Assembly (NCBI GenBank): GCA_048940445.1
Contig: JBHLON010000009.1
Location: 22,871-86,870, forward strand
Direction: 5' to 3'
DNA: 64,000 nt
Source: Promethearchaeota archaeon
GTDB taxonomy: Archaea > Asgardarchaeota > Lokiarchaeia > Sigyniarchaeales > SOKP01
This document shows positions 1 through 10,800 of the stretch, piece after piece. Position 1 is the stretch's first letter. Every line of letters begins with the position of its first letter. The translations under genes were made by a program, and so were the position numbers. The notes below the pieces were generated by a model that saw only the letters and a program-made list of their open reading frames with translations, had not been told where the DNA came from and searched no databases.

Positions 1-966
1 TTGAGCAATTGCTAATATTTGAGTTTCGATAAACGCATCGTTCTCTTCAATAACTAATACTTTTTTACATTGTTTAAGAAATTTTACAATTATTTGTTCG
101 GGAAGAGGATTTATAATGCCAATCTTAAGAATTGGAGCTTGTAGCTCAAGAAAATTTAATGCTTCGTTTACATAATTGTAAGATACTCCACAAGTAATAA
201 TTCCTAGCCCAAAATCATTTTTATTATTCTCGTTTTCGATCCTGTTCAAAGAACTCTTTTCTGAAAAATCTAGTGCTTTATTCATCCTATTATATATCTG
301 ATCTTCCTTTAATTCTAAAAAATAAAGTCTTGATGCCACATTTACTTCCTTTGATAAATCAAATGTACTTTCTAGTTCTGAAGGTTTTATTTTTCCAATA
401 ATTACATTACTTCTTGCATGAGACACCATAGTAACTGCTCTTAAGATCACTGGAAGCTTTAATTCTCTCGAAAGTGAAAATGCTAATTTAGCAAATTCTA
501 GACATTCTTGCGGATTACTAGGCTCTAGTGCGGGTATTTTAAATAGACTCAGATAGTATCTTGAATCCATCTCTACAGCACTTGAATGTTGTTGTGGATC
601 ATCCGCTACAAAAATAACCAAGGCAGAATTCTTATTCCTTGGATAAGTAGTAGCTAATGCAAATAAAGGATCAGATGCTACATTTAACCCAACATTTTTC
701 ATACCAACCATCGCAGTAGCTCCTCTAGCGTAAGCCGCACCTGCAACTTCTAGCGCAACCTTTTCATTAATACTACTCTCAACCCATTTCATTCCTACTT
801 CTCTAAAAATTTCTGTAAAAAGTTCTCCCACCTCTGAGCTCGGTGTACCTGGATAATATGTATAAACATCTATTCCACTTTCTAAAGCTCCACGAACAAT
901 AGCCTCATTCCCTAGAAAGAATTTTTCTTCCCCAGGATTGCCCTCAACAATTTTTCTAAAATTCAT
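1..966 (-). CDS. iorA: Indolepyruvate:ferredoxin oxidoreductase alpha subunit (3' part lies outside the window)
   Basis: Not in the ORF track. Manual translation from ATG at 966 gives MNFRKIVEGNPGEEKFFLGNEAIVRGALESGIDVYTYYPGTPSSEVGE...EWVESSINEKVALEVAGAA...GMKNVGLNVASDPL...ADDPQQHSSAVEMDSRY, the typical IorA N-terminal motifs. Confidence 0.9.
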   Translation of the reverse strand, partial: MNFRKIVEGNPGEEKFFLGNEAIVRGALESGIDVYTYYPGTPSSEVGELFTEIFREVGMKWVESSINEKVALEVAGAAYARGATAMVGMKNVGLNVASDPLFALATTYPRNKNSALVIFVADDPQQHSSAVEMDSRYYLSLFKIPALEPSNPQECLEFAKLAFSLSRELKLPVILRAVTMVSHARSNVIIGKIKPSELESTFDLSKEVNVASRLYFLELKEDQIYNRMNKALDFSEKSSLNRIENENNKNDFGLGIITCGVSYNYVNEALNFLELQAPILKIGIINPLPEQIIVKFLKQCKKVLVIEENDAFIETQILAIAQ

Positions 967-1090
967 GGTAATTTCAATAAAATCAGTTATTATTTAACTA
1001 ATAAAAAAGATTCTTGGGTTTATTAAATGTGTATAAACTTATAAGATTATAAATCTTAAATTTTAAGATTTATTGTAATCTATAATAATT

Positions 1091-2083
1091 ATGAAACTCA
1101 ATCTTGAAAAATTTGATATATTTTATATCATTGCTATTGCTGGAACTACAATTTTCATGGTATTGGAACTTATTTTAGGATTTATTTCACTAAACTTCAC
1201 ATTTTTAATCTTCTTTTGGACAATGAAACTAATTTCTGGTTTTGGTTTAATCATTTCTATTTCAAATGCTATTTTATGGATATTAAATCGTTTTACTGAG
1301 AAATTCACTAAAAAATATGTTCAAATTCTTATCATCTTTCAAGTAATAGTCCCGGGAGTCTTAGCAGGATACGCTATCTACTCCATTTTTTCAAATTTAC
1401 CTCCAGCAACTTCTTCTACTGGTTTAAATTACTGGTTAAACCTTATTTTATTCCTATATGGTATGATTTCTTTTACAGTTTCTTTATATATAATTCCTTT
1501 AATAAGAGTTGAATTTCAAGAAGCTGTAGAGACTGGATTGCTGAAAAAGATCAAAAAAAGCGCTACAAAAGTTGGACGGGGTATTAAAAAAAGATATTTT
1601 AACTGGAGGGGAAAATATGCTAAAGTCCACATTCAGGATCAAATGACTTTAGGAGAAGTTCTAGAAATTTGGAGAGATCGATTCGCAGTTTACTTATTAC
1701 TCCCAATTGCAGTTGGTTCGGTTATTTTTACTCCAATTTCCTTCATTTGCCTCATTTTTTGGTTAAAGATTTTTGTTCTTGATAAAGGAGACCCAAAGTT
1801 TTATGAAAGAATCGCTTTAATGGTTTCAATGGCATGGATTACAATCATCGCTTCATTATCATATCTATTTAATTTAGAATTCTATACTACTATTCAATCG
1901 TTATTTTGGACTATTCAAATATTTTATTTGGCTGGAATTATTATCTCGGGAATTATTTTTATTTATCAATTTGCACATCTCAAAGGGATAACCTTAAAAA
2001 AGATTAAAAAAGAAATCAAAGAAGAAATTAAAGAAGTAAAAGCTAGGGTTTCTAAAAAGGAGGATAGTGAAGAATCAGAATAA
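1091..2083 (+). CDS. Hypothetical polytopic membrane protein
   Basis: About 7-8 hydrophobic segments, a basic cytoplasmic loop and a charged tail; no family recognised. Confidence 0.7.
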   Translation: MKLNLEKFDIFYIIAIAGTTIFMVLELILGFISLNFTFLIFFWTMKLISGFGLIISISNAILWILNRFTEKFTKKYVQILIIFQVIVPGVLAGYAIYSIFSNLPPATSSTGLNYWLNLILFLYGMISFTVSLYIIPLIRVEFQEAVETGLLKKIKKSATKVGRGIKKRYFNWRGKYAKVHIQDQMTLGEVLEIWRDRFAVYLLLPIAVGSVIFTPISFICLIFWLKIFVLDKGDPKFYERIALMVSMAWITIIASLSYLFNLEFYTTIQSLFWTIQIFYLAGIIISGIIFIYQFAHLKGITLKKIKKEIKEEIKEVKARVSKKEDSEESE

Positions 2084-2193
2084 TAAAATTAATCCCTAAT
2101 TAAATTTTTCTTACTTTTTTGTAGTTGAATGATTTTTTTTAGAATTTAGTAAGTTTTTAAATGTCTTGATAAAAGTGACAAATAATAATTAGG

Positions 2194-2412
2194 ATGAAAT
2201 ATCTAATAATACTTATGATTCCACGATCTTTGTTTGATGAATTAAAAGATAAACGCATTAGAATCTTTGTGAAAGACTTACCAGACCCTCACTGTGTTCA
2301 AACTGGAAAAATTGAGACGGTTACCGAGCATTTAATCGTACTGTATGATGAAAAACATGATATTCATATTTATCTACCAATCGAAGAAATAAGTTTAATT
2401 AGAACAATATAA
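2194..2412 (+). CDS. Small protein, possible Sm/Hfq-like beta-barrel (start probably ATG 2215)
   Basis: Helix followed by IRIFVK..TGKIETVTEHLIVLYDE..IYLPIEEISLIR, resembling an Sm1/Sm2 strand pattern. Confidence 0.5.
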   Translation: MKYLIILMIPRSLFDELKDKRIRIFVKDLPDPHCVQTGKIETVTEHLIVLYDEKHDIHIYLPIEEISLIRTI

Positions 2413-2427
2413 TTGATGAGCTCTCTT

Positions 2428-2595
2428 TCATTTTACATAATCTCTAAATGAAGCTTTCAGTTCGTTTTTCATTAATAACTTAAATTCAGACTGAGAAAGA
2501 TCAATAATTTTTATAGCTTTTTTTGTTAACTTATCTCGGGTCAATTTTATAGTGGCAATATTTTTATGAATAGCTTCCAGTCCTAAGGCAATATT
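2428..2595 (-). pseudogene. Start-less 3' gene remnant resembling a malic enzyme C-terminus
   Basis: Open frame NIALGLEAIHKNIATIKLTRDKLTKKAIKIIDLSQSEFKLLMKNELKASFRDYVK*, preceded by an in-frame TAG and with no start codon at its 5' end. It resembles the ..AVGMKAIEQGIARVKLSREEL..A..II..S...KLLM tail of archaeal malic enzymes (from memory). Confidence 0.4.
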
Positions 2596-2705
2596 CTATT
2601 TTATTATAAATTATAAAAATTGGCAATTATATACATTTAATAATCAGTTTTAATAATATGGTTTTAGTCTTATTAAGTAAGATGTATTAATTATAATGGT
2701 TAAAG

Positions 2706-3206
2706 ATGAATAAGTATCATCTAAGAAGAATTGAAAAGGAGATATCGGAAAGGGAGGTCCTTCTTGAAATAATAAAAAAAGGGAAATTTACCACAATCTC
2801 TATGTGTAAAGAAAATGAAGCATATTTAGTGACAATGAGTTACGGATATGACGGTAAAAAAAATGCTCTTTATTTTCATTGTGCTAAGGAAGGCCAAAAA
2901 ATAGATTTTATAAAATCTAATCCAAATGTATGTGGTACAGTAATAGAAAATAGAGGTTATGAAGAAGGTTGTGGTCAAGCATTTCGTTCAGTAGTATTTA
3001 GGGGAGAAATGAAAATTGTAGAAAGTTTACAAGAAAAGAAGTATGGATTCGATGTTTTATTAAAACATTTAGAAGAAGACCCTAAATTAATTAAGCATAA
3101 ATTTCTGAAGAAGGATGAAACCTATGAAAATTCAGGTATGCTAAGATTAGATATAATGTATATTACTGGTAAAGAAGAAAAAGCAGAATCACAAACTACA
3201 TCTTGA
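2706..3206 (+). CDS. Pyridoxamine 5'-phosphate oxidase-like FMN-binding protein (NimA-like)
   Basis: RR.EKEI, YLVTMSYGY, LYFHCAKEGQKID, FRSVVFRG and ITGK motifs. Confidence 0.85.
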   Translation: MNKYHLRRIEKEISEREVLLEIIKKGKFTTISMCKENEAYLVTMSYGYDGKKNALYFHCAKEGQKIDFIKSNPNVCGTVIENRGYEEGCGQAFRSVVFRGEMKIVESLQEKKYGFDVLLKHLEEDPKLIKHKFLKKDETYENSGMLRLDIMYITGKEEKAESQTTS

Positions 3207-3693
3207 TTTCATTCAATATATCATCGAGATAATGTAATTTTTCATATTCAATTTCATCCTTTAATGCATTTGCTAAAGAATATTTAAATGCCCAAATCTC
3301 GATGTTTTTATGTAATTCTTTTACTTTTTTAATAACAGGTAGAAAATCTCCATCTCCGGATACCAATATTGCTGTATCATAGGCATTTTCGTATCCAAAA
3401 GAAATTATATCTATTGCAATCTTTATATCTACTTTTTTCTCAAAAGTATTATTGAGAGCAATTTTATCAAAACTAACCTTAACCTCATAACCACTTATAG
3501 CACTCAGATCTTCATACCACTTCTTTTTTTCTGGATTCATTGGATAAACAGCTCCTTCATACAAGAATATGCCCGTTAATTTCCGATTCTTAGTAATTAT
3601 GCTTTTTAATTTCTCATAATCTGCCTTTACGTTATACTTTCTAAAACCTTTGAAGATATTGCTATTATCAATAAAAATCATTATCCGATCCAA
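3196..3693 (-). CDS. NYN domain protein (LabA/DUF88, PIN-like)
   Basis: IFIDNSN, EKKVDIKIAID and ILVSGDGDFLP motifs. Confidence 0.9.
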   Translation of the reverse strand: MDRIMIFIDNSNIFKGFRKYNVKADYEKLKSIITKNRKLTGIFLYEGAVYPMNPEKKKWYEDLSAISGYEVKVSFDKIALNNTFEKKVDIKIAIDIISFGYENAYDTAILVSGDGDFLPVIKKVKELHKNIEIWAFKYSLANALKDEIEYEKLHYLDDILNEIKM

Positions 3694-3856
3694 CTATAAA
3701 ACCCTTTCTTTACTTCTTAAGAAGCAAAAAGAAGTAGTATTTTTTTAGAAAATATTTATAATAATCTGTATTCTTATCAATTTAATTAGTTTTACTAAAA
3801 ATGTAAAAAAATATATTTAGATACATCAAGAACCTAATTCCTTGAGATTTTTATTC

Positions 3857-4009
3857 TTAACAACATCTTCTTTTAAATTGGGTTTCTTTGACCTCAAAAT
3901 TTACCTTCTGCTCAACAGAATCATCAATATTAACCAACTCTCTTCCACAATATTCACAATATTTTTGATTAATATCTCGGATTCTACTCCCACAATCTGG
4001 ACAATTCAC
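3857..4009 (-). CDS. Small zinc-ribbon protein (50 aa) with a C-terminal KRRCC; not in the ORF track
   Basis: GTG start with GGAG about 9 nt upstream. Translation: MNCPDCGSRIRDINQKYCEYCGRELVNIDDSVEQKVNFEVKETQFKRRCC*, containing CxxCG...CxxCG. Confidence 0.75.
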   Translation of the reverse strand: MNCPDCGSRIRDINQKYCEYCGRELVNIDDSVEQKVNFEVKETQFKRRCC

Positions 4010-4197
4010 TTAAATCTACTCCATAGATTGAATTCAAATAGAAAAATATCTATTAAAATAGAATAATTCCAGTATTAATAAAATAGTTCCAATATTTTAT
4101 AAGTAAATCTTAAGTTGTAACCAATTAATTTCACTTGATTTAATTAATTTGGATTCTTATTAATTATTTAACCTTTCATTAAAAGAGCGATCATAAA

Positions 4198-5118
4198 ATG
4201 AAAAGAACTGATCCAGATTCCGCTGAGGGATGGTTTAATCGTGGACTCAATTACATACAAGATGGAGATATAAAGAGAGCAATTAACGCTTTTAAGAAAG
4301 TTTTAACAATAAATCCTAATGATGTAGAGGCTTGGGTTAATTTAGGATTAGCTTTCAGTATGCTGGGGAATACTAATGAGGAAATCAAATCTTATAAAAA
4401 AGCTTTAGAATTAAAACCAAATAACCCTGAGCTCTGGGTAAATTTAGGGGTAGCATACGGACAAAAAGATGAAATTGATTCTGAGATCAACGCCTATAGG
4501 AAAGCTTTAGAAATTAATCCAAATGATGCTGATACATTATATAATTTGGGTGTAGCTTTTGGAAAATCAGAAAATTATGAAGAAGCTGTCGTTTACTTTA
4601 AAAACTCACTCAAAATAAATCCTAATGATTCTGAAGTATGGAATAATCTTGGTAGAGCATACGGAATGTTAGGGAACGCTAAAGAAGAAATCAGTGCTTT
4701 CAAAAAAGCAATAGAAATAGATCCTCAGAATGAGATTGCTTGGTTCAACCTTGGTTTAACATCACTTAATAATGAGAAGTTCGAACAAGCGATTAATTGC
4801 TTTAAAGAGACTATTAAAATCGATCCACAATTAAGTATTGCATTTTTTGGTCTTGGTTTTGCTTTTGAAAAAATGAATAAGCTTGAGGAAGCTATAAAGG
4901 CATATAAAAGTGTTTTAAACCTTGAACCGGAGGATGTTGAGACATTAATTCATATTTCAATTGTCTATCAAAAAAAAGGTAATGACAAGGAAGCATTGAA
5001 TGTTCTAGAAAAAGCAATTAGCATCGATAAGGATTTAGTATTAATCTTAGATGAAGAAGAGAACCTACTTCAAAATCTAAAAGATTTGAATGGATTTGAA
5101 AAAATATTGGAGAGTTAG
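4198..5118 (+). CDS. Tetratricopeptide repeat protein
   Basis: About 8 tandem 34-aa repeats of the form W.NLG.A......EEI.AYKKALEINP. Confidence 0.92.
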   Translation: MKRTDPDSAEGWFNRGLNYIQDGDIKRAINAFKKVLTINPNDVEAWVNLGLAFSMLGNTNEEIKSYKKALELKPNNPELWVNLGVAYGQKDEIDSEINAYRKALEINPNDADTLYNLGVAFGKSENYEEAVVYFKNSLKINPNDSEVWNNLGRAYGMLGNAKEEISAFKKAIEIDPQNEIAWFNLGLTSLNNEKFEQAINCFKETIKIDPQLSIAFFGLGFAFEKMNKLEEAIKAYKSVLNLEPEDVETLIHISIVYQKKGNDKEALNVLEKAISIDKDLVLILDEEENLLQNLKDLNGFEKILES

Positions 5119-5120
5119 GA

Positions 5121-5783
5121 TTAATTATTTTTCTTTTTAAGAGTAATTTTCATCCAACCATCTGTTAATTGCATTCTAAAGTTTGTATTAAAATCTGTGT
5201 GTTTAATCATTTCTTTTATACTCGTATTATATTTAATCCATTCAAAACCATGTAATTTTTGGATACGAGTGAGAATATTATATTTTATTACACCATATTT
5301 TCTTTTTAATTTGACTTGTTCTTCATCAGGAGAATTATAACATCCATCATATATCCAAGCTTCTTTGTTATTTTTTAAAATTCGATAACATTCATTGAAA
5401 ACTTTAATTGGATATTTCCAGTGATGAAATGAGCCTGTACTAATAATTAAATCAATGGAATTATCCTCAAAGGGAATCTTAACAGCATTTGCTAATTTAA
5501 ATTGTACATTTTTATATTTTTTAGCGTTTCCAGAGGCGATCTCTACCATCTTCTTACTCAAATCAATTCCATAAATATTCAAATCTGGAGTTCTTTTAGC
5601 AATTTCTATTGAAAGATATCCAGTCCCAGATCCCACGTCTACTAAAACACCTTGTTTTATACTTTGGACTACACTTTTAGATATTTCTGTTTCTGATTTG
5701 CTTAAAATTCTTTTTACAAAAGCATTATAAAAAATTGCCCCAGGATTGGGAATAGCTTCCATTTTTACTTGTATATTTTTCAC
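5121..5783 (-). CDS. Class I SAM-dependent methyltransferase
   Basis: LVDVGSGTG, GIDLS, IPFEDNSIDLI, SFHHW and ECYRILK motifs. Confidence 0.9.
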   Translation of the reverse strand: MKNIQVKMEAIPNPGAIFYNAFVKRILSKSETEISKSVVQSIKQGVLVDVGSGTGYLSIEIAKRTPDLNIYGIDLSKKMVEIASGNAKKYKNVQFKLANAVKIPFEDNSIDLIISTGSFHHWKYPIKVFNECYRILKNNKEAWIYDGCYNSPDEEQVKLKRKYGVIKYNILTRIQKLHGFEWIKYNTSIKEMIKHTDFNTNFRMQLTDGWMKITLKKKNN

Positions 5784-5945
5784 AAAATCTTCTAAAAAAA
5801 TGTTTCAGCCACCCATTGAAAAAGATATTCCCCATACATTTTGAAACAATGATCTTAATTATAAAAAATACAGTAAGTATAATAACCTTCTATATATAAT
5901 ATGAAAGTTCAATTTTTATAATAAATTTTTAACAAAAATTTCTCT

Positions 5946-6674
5946 TTAATTAATCTTAAGTGAATATTTCTTTAAAGAAATGGATTTTTTAGACATGAGT
6001 TCATAGATCTCATGTGCACGTTTCATAATCTGTTCTTTGCTAATAGGGTCACTTTTTTTGCATTTTTTATATCTTTTTATAGCAATATTTCTCCATTTCT
6101 TTTTCCATGAAGGAAATCCTATCTTAACGAACCGTTCACGATTAGGAAAATCGCGACAGACCCAATCAAACAAGATAAAATACCTTTGTGCGCCGGATTC
6201 TTTCGTTAGATTCTTTGAAGATACTCCTAGTTTTCGGAGGTGTTGGATATATCTACCTTCCACAGCATCTTGTAGTTCTCCTTCAATAATCGCAGGTTCA
6301 TAGTATATATTATTCTCATCAAAGTAGTCTCTAACAAGATCAAAACAATTTCCCCTACATAGTAAAATCCTATCTTTATTGTTATGTTTGAGTTTTTTAA
6401 GTGTTTTAATTACTAGTTTGAGTATGTGTTTTTTCGGACGTGCATCATCCTTATTATCGTCATTATAGAGTCCAACAGGAATTGATTGAAATAATATCTT
6501 TCCCGTTTTTGTGTCTCGAAATCCAATAAAAGCATCTCCAACAAGGTCTCCAGTCCCAGCATCATCAATTTCTATTGTTCTCCCATTCCACTCGCTGGGA
6601 TTATTAGTGGATTGGCACGACGTCATGTCGTCACTTTCTATTTTTGTCTTCATTATGAATTTAAATGATTGCAC
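5946..6674 (-). CDS. Hypothetical protein with an RNase HII-like N-terminal acidic motif
   Basis: TIEIDDAGTGDLVGDAFIG resembles the RNase HII GxDEAGRG.xxG motif; the rest is divergent. True start is probably downstream of the annotated GTG. Confidence 0.5.
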   Translation of the reverse strand: MQSFKFIMKTKIESDDMTSCQSTNNPSEWNGRTIEIDDAGTGDLVGDAFIGFRDTKTGKILFQSIPVGLYNDDNKDDARPKKHILKLVIKTLKKLKHNNKDRILLCRGNCFDLVRDYFDENNIYYEPAIIEGELQDAVEGRYIQHLRKLGVSSKNLTKESGAQRYFILFDWVCRDFPNRERFVKIGFPSWKKKWRNIAIKRYKKCKKSDPISKEQIMKRAHEIYELMSKKSISLKKYSLKIN

Positions 6675-6728
6675 TCATAAATAAATTGGGATTTCGAACT
6701 ACAAATGAAATAATTCCATTCTTAAGTA

Positions 6729-7571
6729 CTATTTTTGGTTTATGATTTCTTGAATAGAAATTTCAGGATGGTGATATCTTCCTGCTTTTAAAGTATCATT
6801 TCCAAATTGGATCGCCTGTTCTGGGCAAAAATGCATACAAGCTAAACATAGTTGGCATTTATGATGCCATTTGGGGGTTCCATTTATTATTTTAATATTA
6901 TTTACAGGACATACCTTTTCACATATGCCACATCCATTACAATTTTCAGTAGCATAGTATGATTCATCCATTTCATTAACTTCATTACGAAAATTCTTGT
7001 TAATTCTCGCATTTCGTTCTATTATTTTTTCAAGAATTTCTTTATTTAAATTATCTTTTTTTTGCTTGATCATTTCACTGATTGATTGAACTTGATTAGG
7101 CACTTTATCAAACAACTTTCTTTTGTGCGCCTCTGATGAGACGTTATATCCCATAATATAGTTATTAGGCATATTTATAAAGAAGCCAGAATTAAGCTTC
7201 TTTCCTTTTATTTTTAAAGCATTATTAATTTGTTGAAATGGAAATTCATTTTTATCTTCTGCACTTGTGATAACAGAAAAAAAGTATTCGGATTTATAAG
7301 GAGATAATTTCTCCAGAAAGTTATATACAATTTGGGGTAATCCAAAATAATAAAGCGGAAAAATAAATCCAACATTTTCGGTTACAGATTCTATTTTTTC
7401 GGTTTGTCCTGTTTTAGCAATAGGTATAAGTTCGCAATCTCCTAGATTCTCTGCAAGAACTTTTGCAATATTTAGTGAATTCCCTGTTCCAGTAAAAAAA
7501 AATATAGTAGTATCCATTAATAAACACCATAAAAAGTATTTAGAATATATAAAAAAATGAATCTTGCCCAT
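6729..7571 (-). CDS. EFR1-family flavodoxin-ferredoxin fusion (start probably ATG about 7517)
   Basis: FFTGTGNS flavodoxin motif plus CNGCGICEKVCP and CQLCLACMHFCP. Confidence 0.9.
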   Translation of the reverse strand: MGKIHFFIYSKYFLWCLLMDTTIFFFTGTGNSLNIAKVLAENLGDCELIPIAKTGQTEKIESVTENVGFIFPLYYFGLPQIVYNFLEKLSPYKSEYFFSVITSAEDKNEFPFQQINNALKIKGKKLNSGFFINMPNNYIMGYNVSSEAHKRKLFDKVPNQVQSISEMIKQKKDNLNKEILEKIIERNARINKNFRNEVNEMDESYYATENCNGCGICEKVCPVNNIKIINGTPKWHHKCQLCLACMHFCPEQAIQFGNDTLKAGRYHHPEISIQEIINQK

Positions 7572-7865
7572 TTATAGTTTAGAGTTTTGAACTTCATTTG
7601 AACTTAGACTTGAATTTTAAATAGAATAAAATTAAATAGCAGGAAATTCGATCAAACTCCAAAAAAAATATGCAATAATTAAATTTCAATAATTAATTTT
7701 TTCTTATTGCTTTTACTCAGAATTTTATAATTAAATTGATTTATGACTTTTTTATAAGCTACTTACCAGTAAATCCAGAATTTGTCTCTTTTGATATAGA
7801 AAACTTTTAAATTAAAAATGTCCTAACATTTATTTAATCCAATATTTACAATAAAGTGAAATCTA

Positions 7866-10800
7866 ATGAAACAAAATTATTTTAGATTAGTCATATTTTT
7901 AATTCTCATTACATTGTTTACGAATCCGATTTTCTTTTTATCGTTCTCTGGAATAGATAAAAAGTCATTTTCTTTAATTAATGAGACACCTACTTACTTT
8001 GATACCAGTAATGGAGCAGATTATTATCATTTTAAGGTAGGTACCATAAATGAGCCCTATACTATTGACCCCGTTGACGCATGGGACAGTGGGTCTTATA
8101 ATGTATTAAAACAAGTGGTTGAAACCTTGTTTGCGTACGATTTGAACGATCCAAATCTTCCTCGGATTAACAGGCTAGCAGAGTCCTATTGGTGGCTCGA
8201 TACAACCACGCTTCAGGTTAAACTTCGAGAAGGAGTACTATTTCATGATGGGACGCCCTTTAACGCCTCAGCTGCTAAATGGAACTTTGATAGATTGTTA
8301 TACCTAACTAATTGTAGCGGAACTAATACGGGTAATGTTACCGCGACTCAAACCTTATGGATGCTCCCTGATGGGGTTACGCCCATTATCAGCGATGTCT
8401 CCGCAGTTGGTGATTGGAACATAACCATCACGCTCAATGCTCCTTATGCTGCCTTTATAGACCTCTTATCCTTTATTAATGCTGCAATGCTCTCCCCAAC
8501 CAGTACTTCAACCAATCAATTAATAGATCTATCCTCTGGACAAGTTATAGGAACAGGTCCATTTAAATACGAATACTATTTAAGCGGGATAGAAGTTTAC
8601 TTCACAAGATGGGATAATTATTGGCAAACTCCCGCTTTTTTTGAAGAGATGTCTTTTATTTTTTTCCCTGATTCACCCACCCTAAATAATGCTATGCTAA
8701 GCTACGATATCGACTACTTATTAAACCCATTATACGCATTCTTCCCTTCTTTTGATGCCGATCCCAACATTACTCTAAAAAGATATAGTGACGACACTGG
8801 TAAAACGGGATTTACTTATTATTTTTTAGGATTTAACAACCAACTTTACAATGTTACTTGGAGAAAAGTTATGTCTTTAGCTATAAACTACACCTATATG
8901 TTAGATGAGATACTAATTGGTAATGCAATACGAGCTAACTCACCAATTTCTCCAAGCTTTGGTGATGCATATAATGCGTCCGCCATGGCTGCTAACTTCG
9001 ACATCGCAACAGCGCGATTGATAATGCAATCGATGGGATTCGGTGTGGGGTTTACCACAGATGCAGAATGGATCGCTCAAGCTGAAGGATCTTCACCTTT
9101 CTTAACGCTTAATTTCACCTATAATCTAGGAAATGTGATCCGAGCAGATATGTATTCAATGCTAAATAATGATTTTAAGCTTCTTGGAATTAAGTTGGAA
9201 GAAGCTGCTTTATCGTACTCAGATTATATTAATCGCCTCTTTAATATAGATGATGGTTGGAACAAACTTTGCACTTTCATCTCTGGATGGATGCCCGACT
9301 ATTTGGAGCCTTACAACATGTTATATCCATTATTTACTCCTGGTTCTCTTGGTAACCCAGGTCAAGTAGATGACCCATGGTTAAATGCTCAATTAGCGCT
9401 TGCTATTAATACTTTGGACGATAACGCGAGAAACGATATTTATAAAGATATTCAGTCGTACTTGGCAGAAGTCGGATATTTTCAAGCTCCTTTATATCAT
9501 CCTAAAATATATTTCGTTCATTTGTCCGATATACAAGGAGTACCTTATCACGCTTTAGGGGAACTTTACGCATATCCAATCCATCGGGCGTTACCAAGTA
9601 CATTTTTATTATCTTCGGATGCTGGAGTCCCTGACAACGATGGTAATTTTAACATTAATTGGACAGCATCTATGGGAGCAACAAATTATTCTGTGTACGA
9701 ATATTCGAGCTATATTACCGAGATAAACGGAAGTTTAACTTCTTTAGCCGATGAAATTACAGATCTCGGACTTTATCTAAGTGGTTATCCAGACGGAACA
9801 TACTATTTCATTGTTGTCGCTCATAATGAATACGGGGATACACTCTCAAACTGTATAAGTGTAACGGTTGCTCTTCCTTTGAACCACGATTTAGAGGTGG
9901 ATCTTTTACTCCCGTCATCCATTGATGTCAATATGAGTTACATTATTTATGCAATGGTGGAAAACATTGGTCTAAACGACGAAACGGGCGTACAATTGTT
10001 TTTATACCTTGATGAAGTGTTAGTTAATTCCACTCCTACCTTTGATTTAGATGTTGGACAGACTGTTATCATCCAATACAACTGGACTCCCTCAGAATAT
10101 AGGGCTTATAACTTTACTGTTTACGCTCCACCAGTACCTCTTGAATCTTATGTGGATAATAATATCCAAACTAGGTTTGCGTATGTAGTAAAAGCCGGTT
10201 GGTTAGATGGTTTGTACATTACTCATCGTTTTGGTCAAATGGGGGCGTTTTACGAGACGAACTTCAGTTATGTCCCTTATATAGGGGGGTTGTATAATGA
10301 ATCTTTCGAAATTGCGGGTATGGTAAACTATACATGGCAAGTTGATCCTCAAACAAGAGTAATGTCAGGAGGGTCATTGTTCGGAGATGGTTATCACACG
10401 CCTGCGTGGATTTTCACTAATACTTCTCTTTATGATATTATCCCAATAGCGGTCGACGGTGATGGAGACCACGATTTTTATGTAGCACGAGAATTTCTGT
10501 ATGATCTTTCCGGATTTGGTCTAGTAGAAGTATGGGAACTCGAAGATTTAACTGAACCTGGAGGCCTCGCTTGGTATGAGAAGAGCACAGGAATTCTATT
10601 AAATGGTACGTTCTTTTACGGAGGAGGTGTGTACTATTATGTTTTCGAATTTGTTGATACCAATGCAAACTTTAAGTATATAGTTTTTGATCATGAGATT
10701 AAAGTCTTCCTAGATATCCCATCAATCGTAGAAGCTAACAATTCCTACGTTATTACCGCTACAGTCATAAATAATGGTCTATATTCCGAAGCAGACGTAG

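Noticed and set aside
3842-4066. 74-aa plus-strand ORF in the track
   Set aside because: Antisense shadow of the better-supported zinc-ribbon ORF at 3857-4009 (-).
5784-5816. In-frame ATG-GGT-GGC-TGA upstream of the methyltransferase as selenocysteine readthrough
   Set aside because: No Cys-homologous context and no recognisable SECIS; the methyltransferase domain is complete without it.
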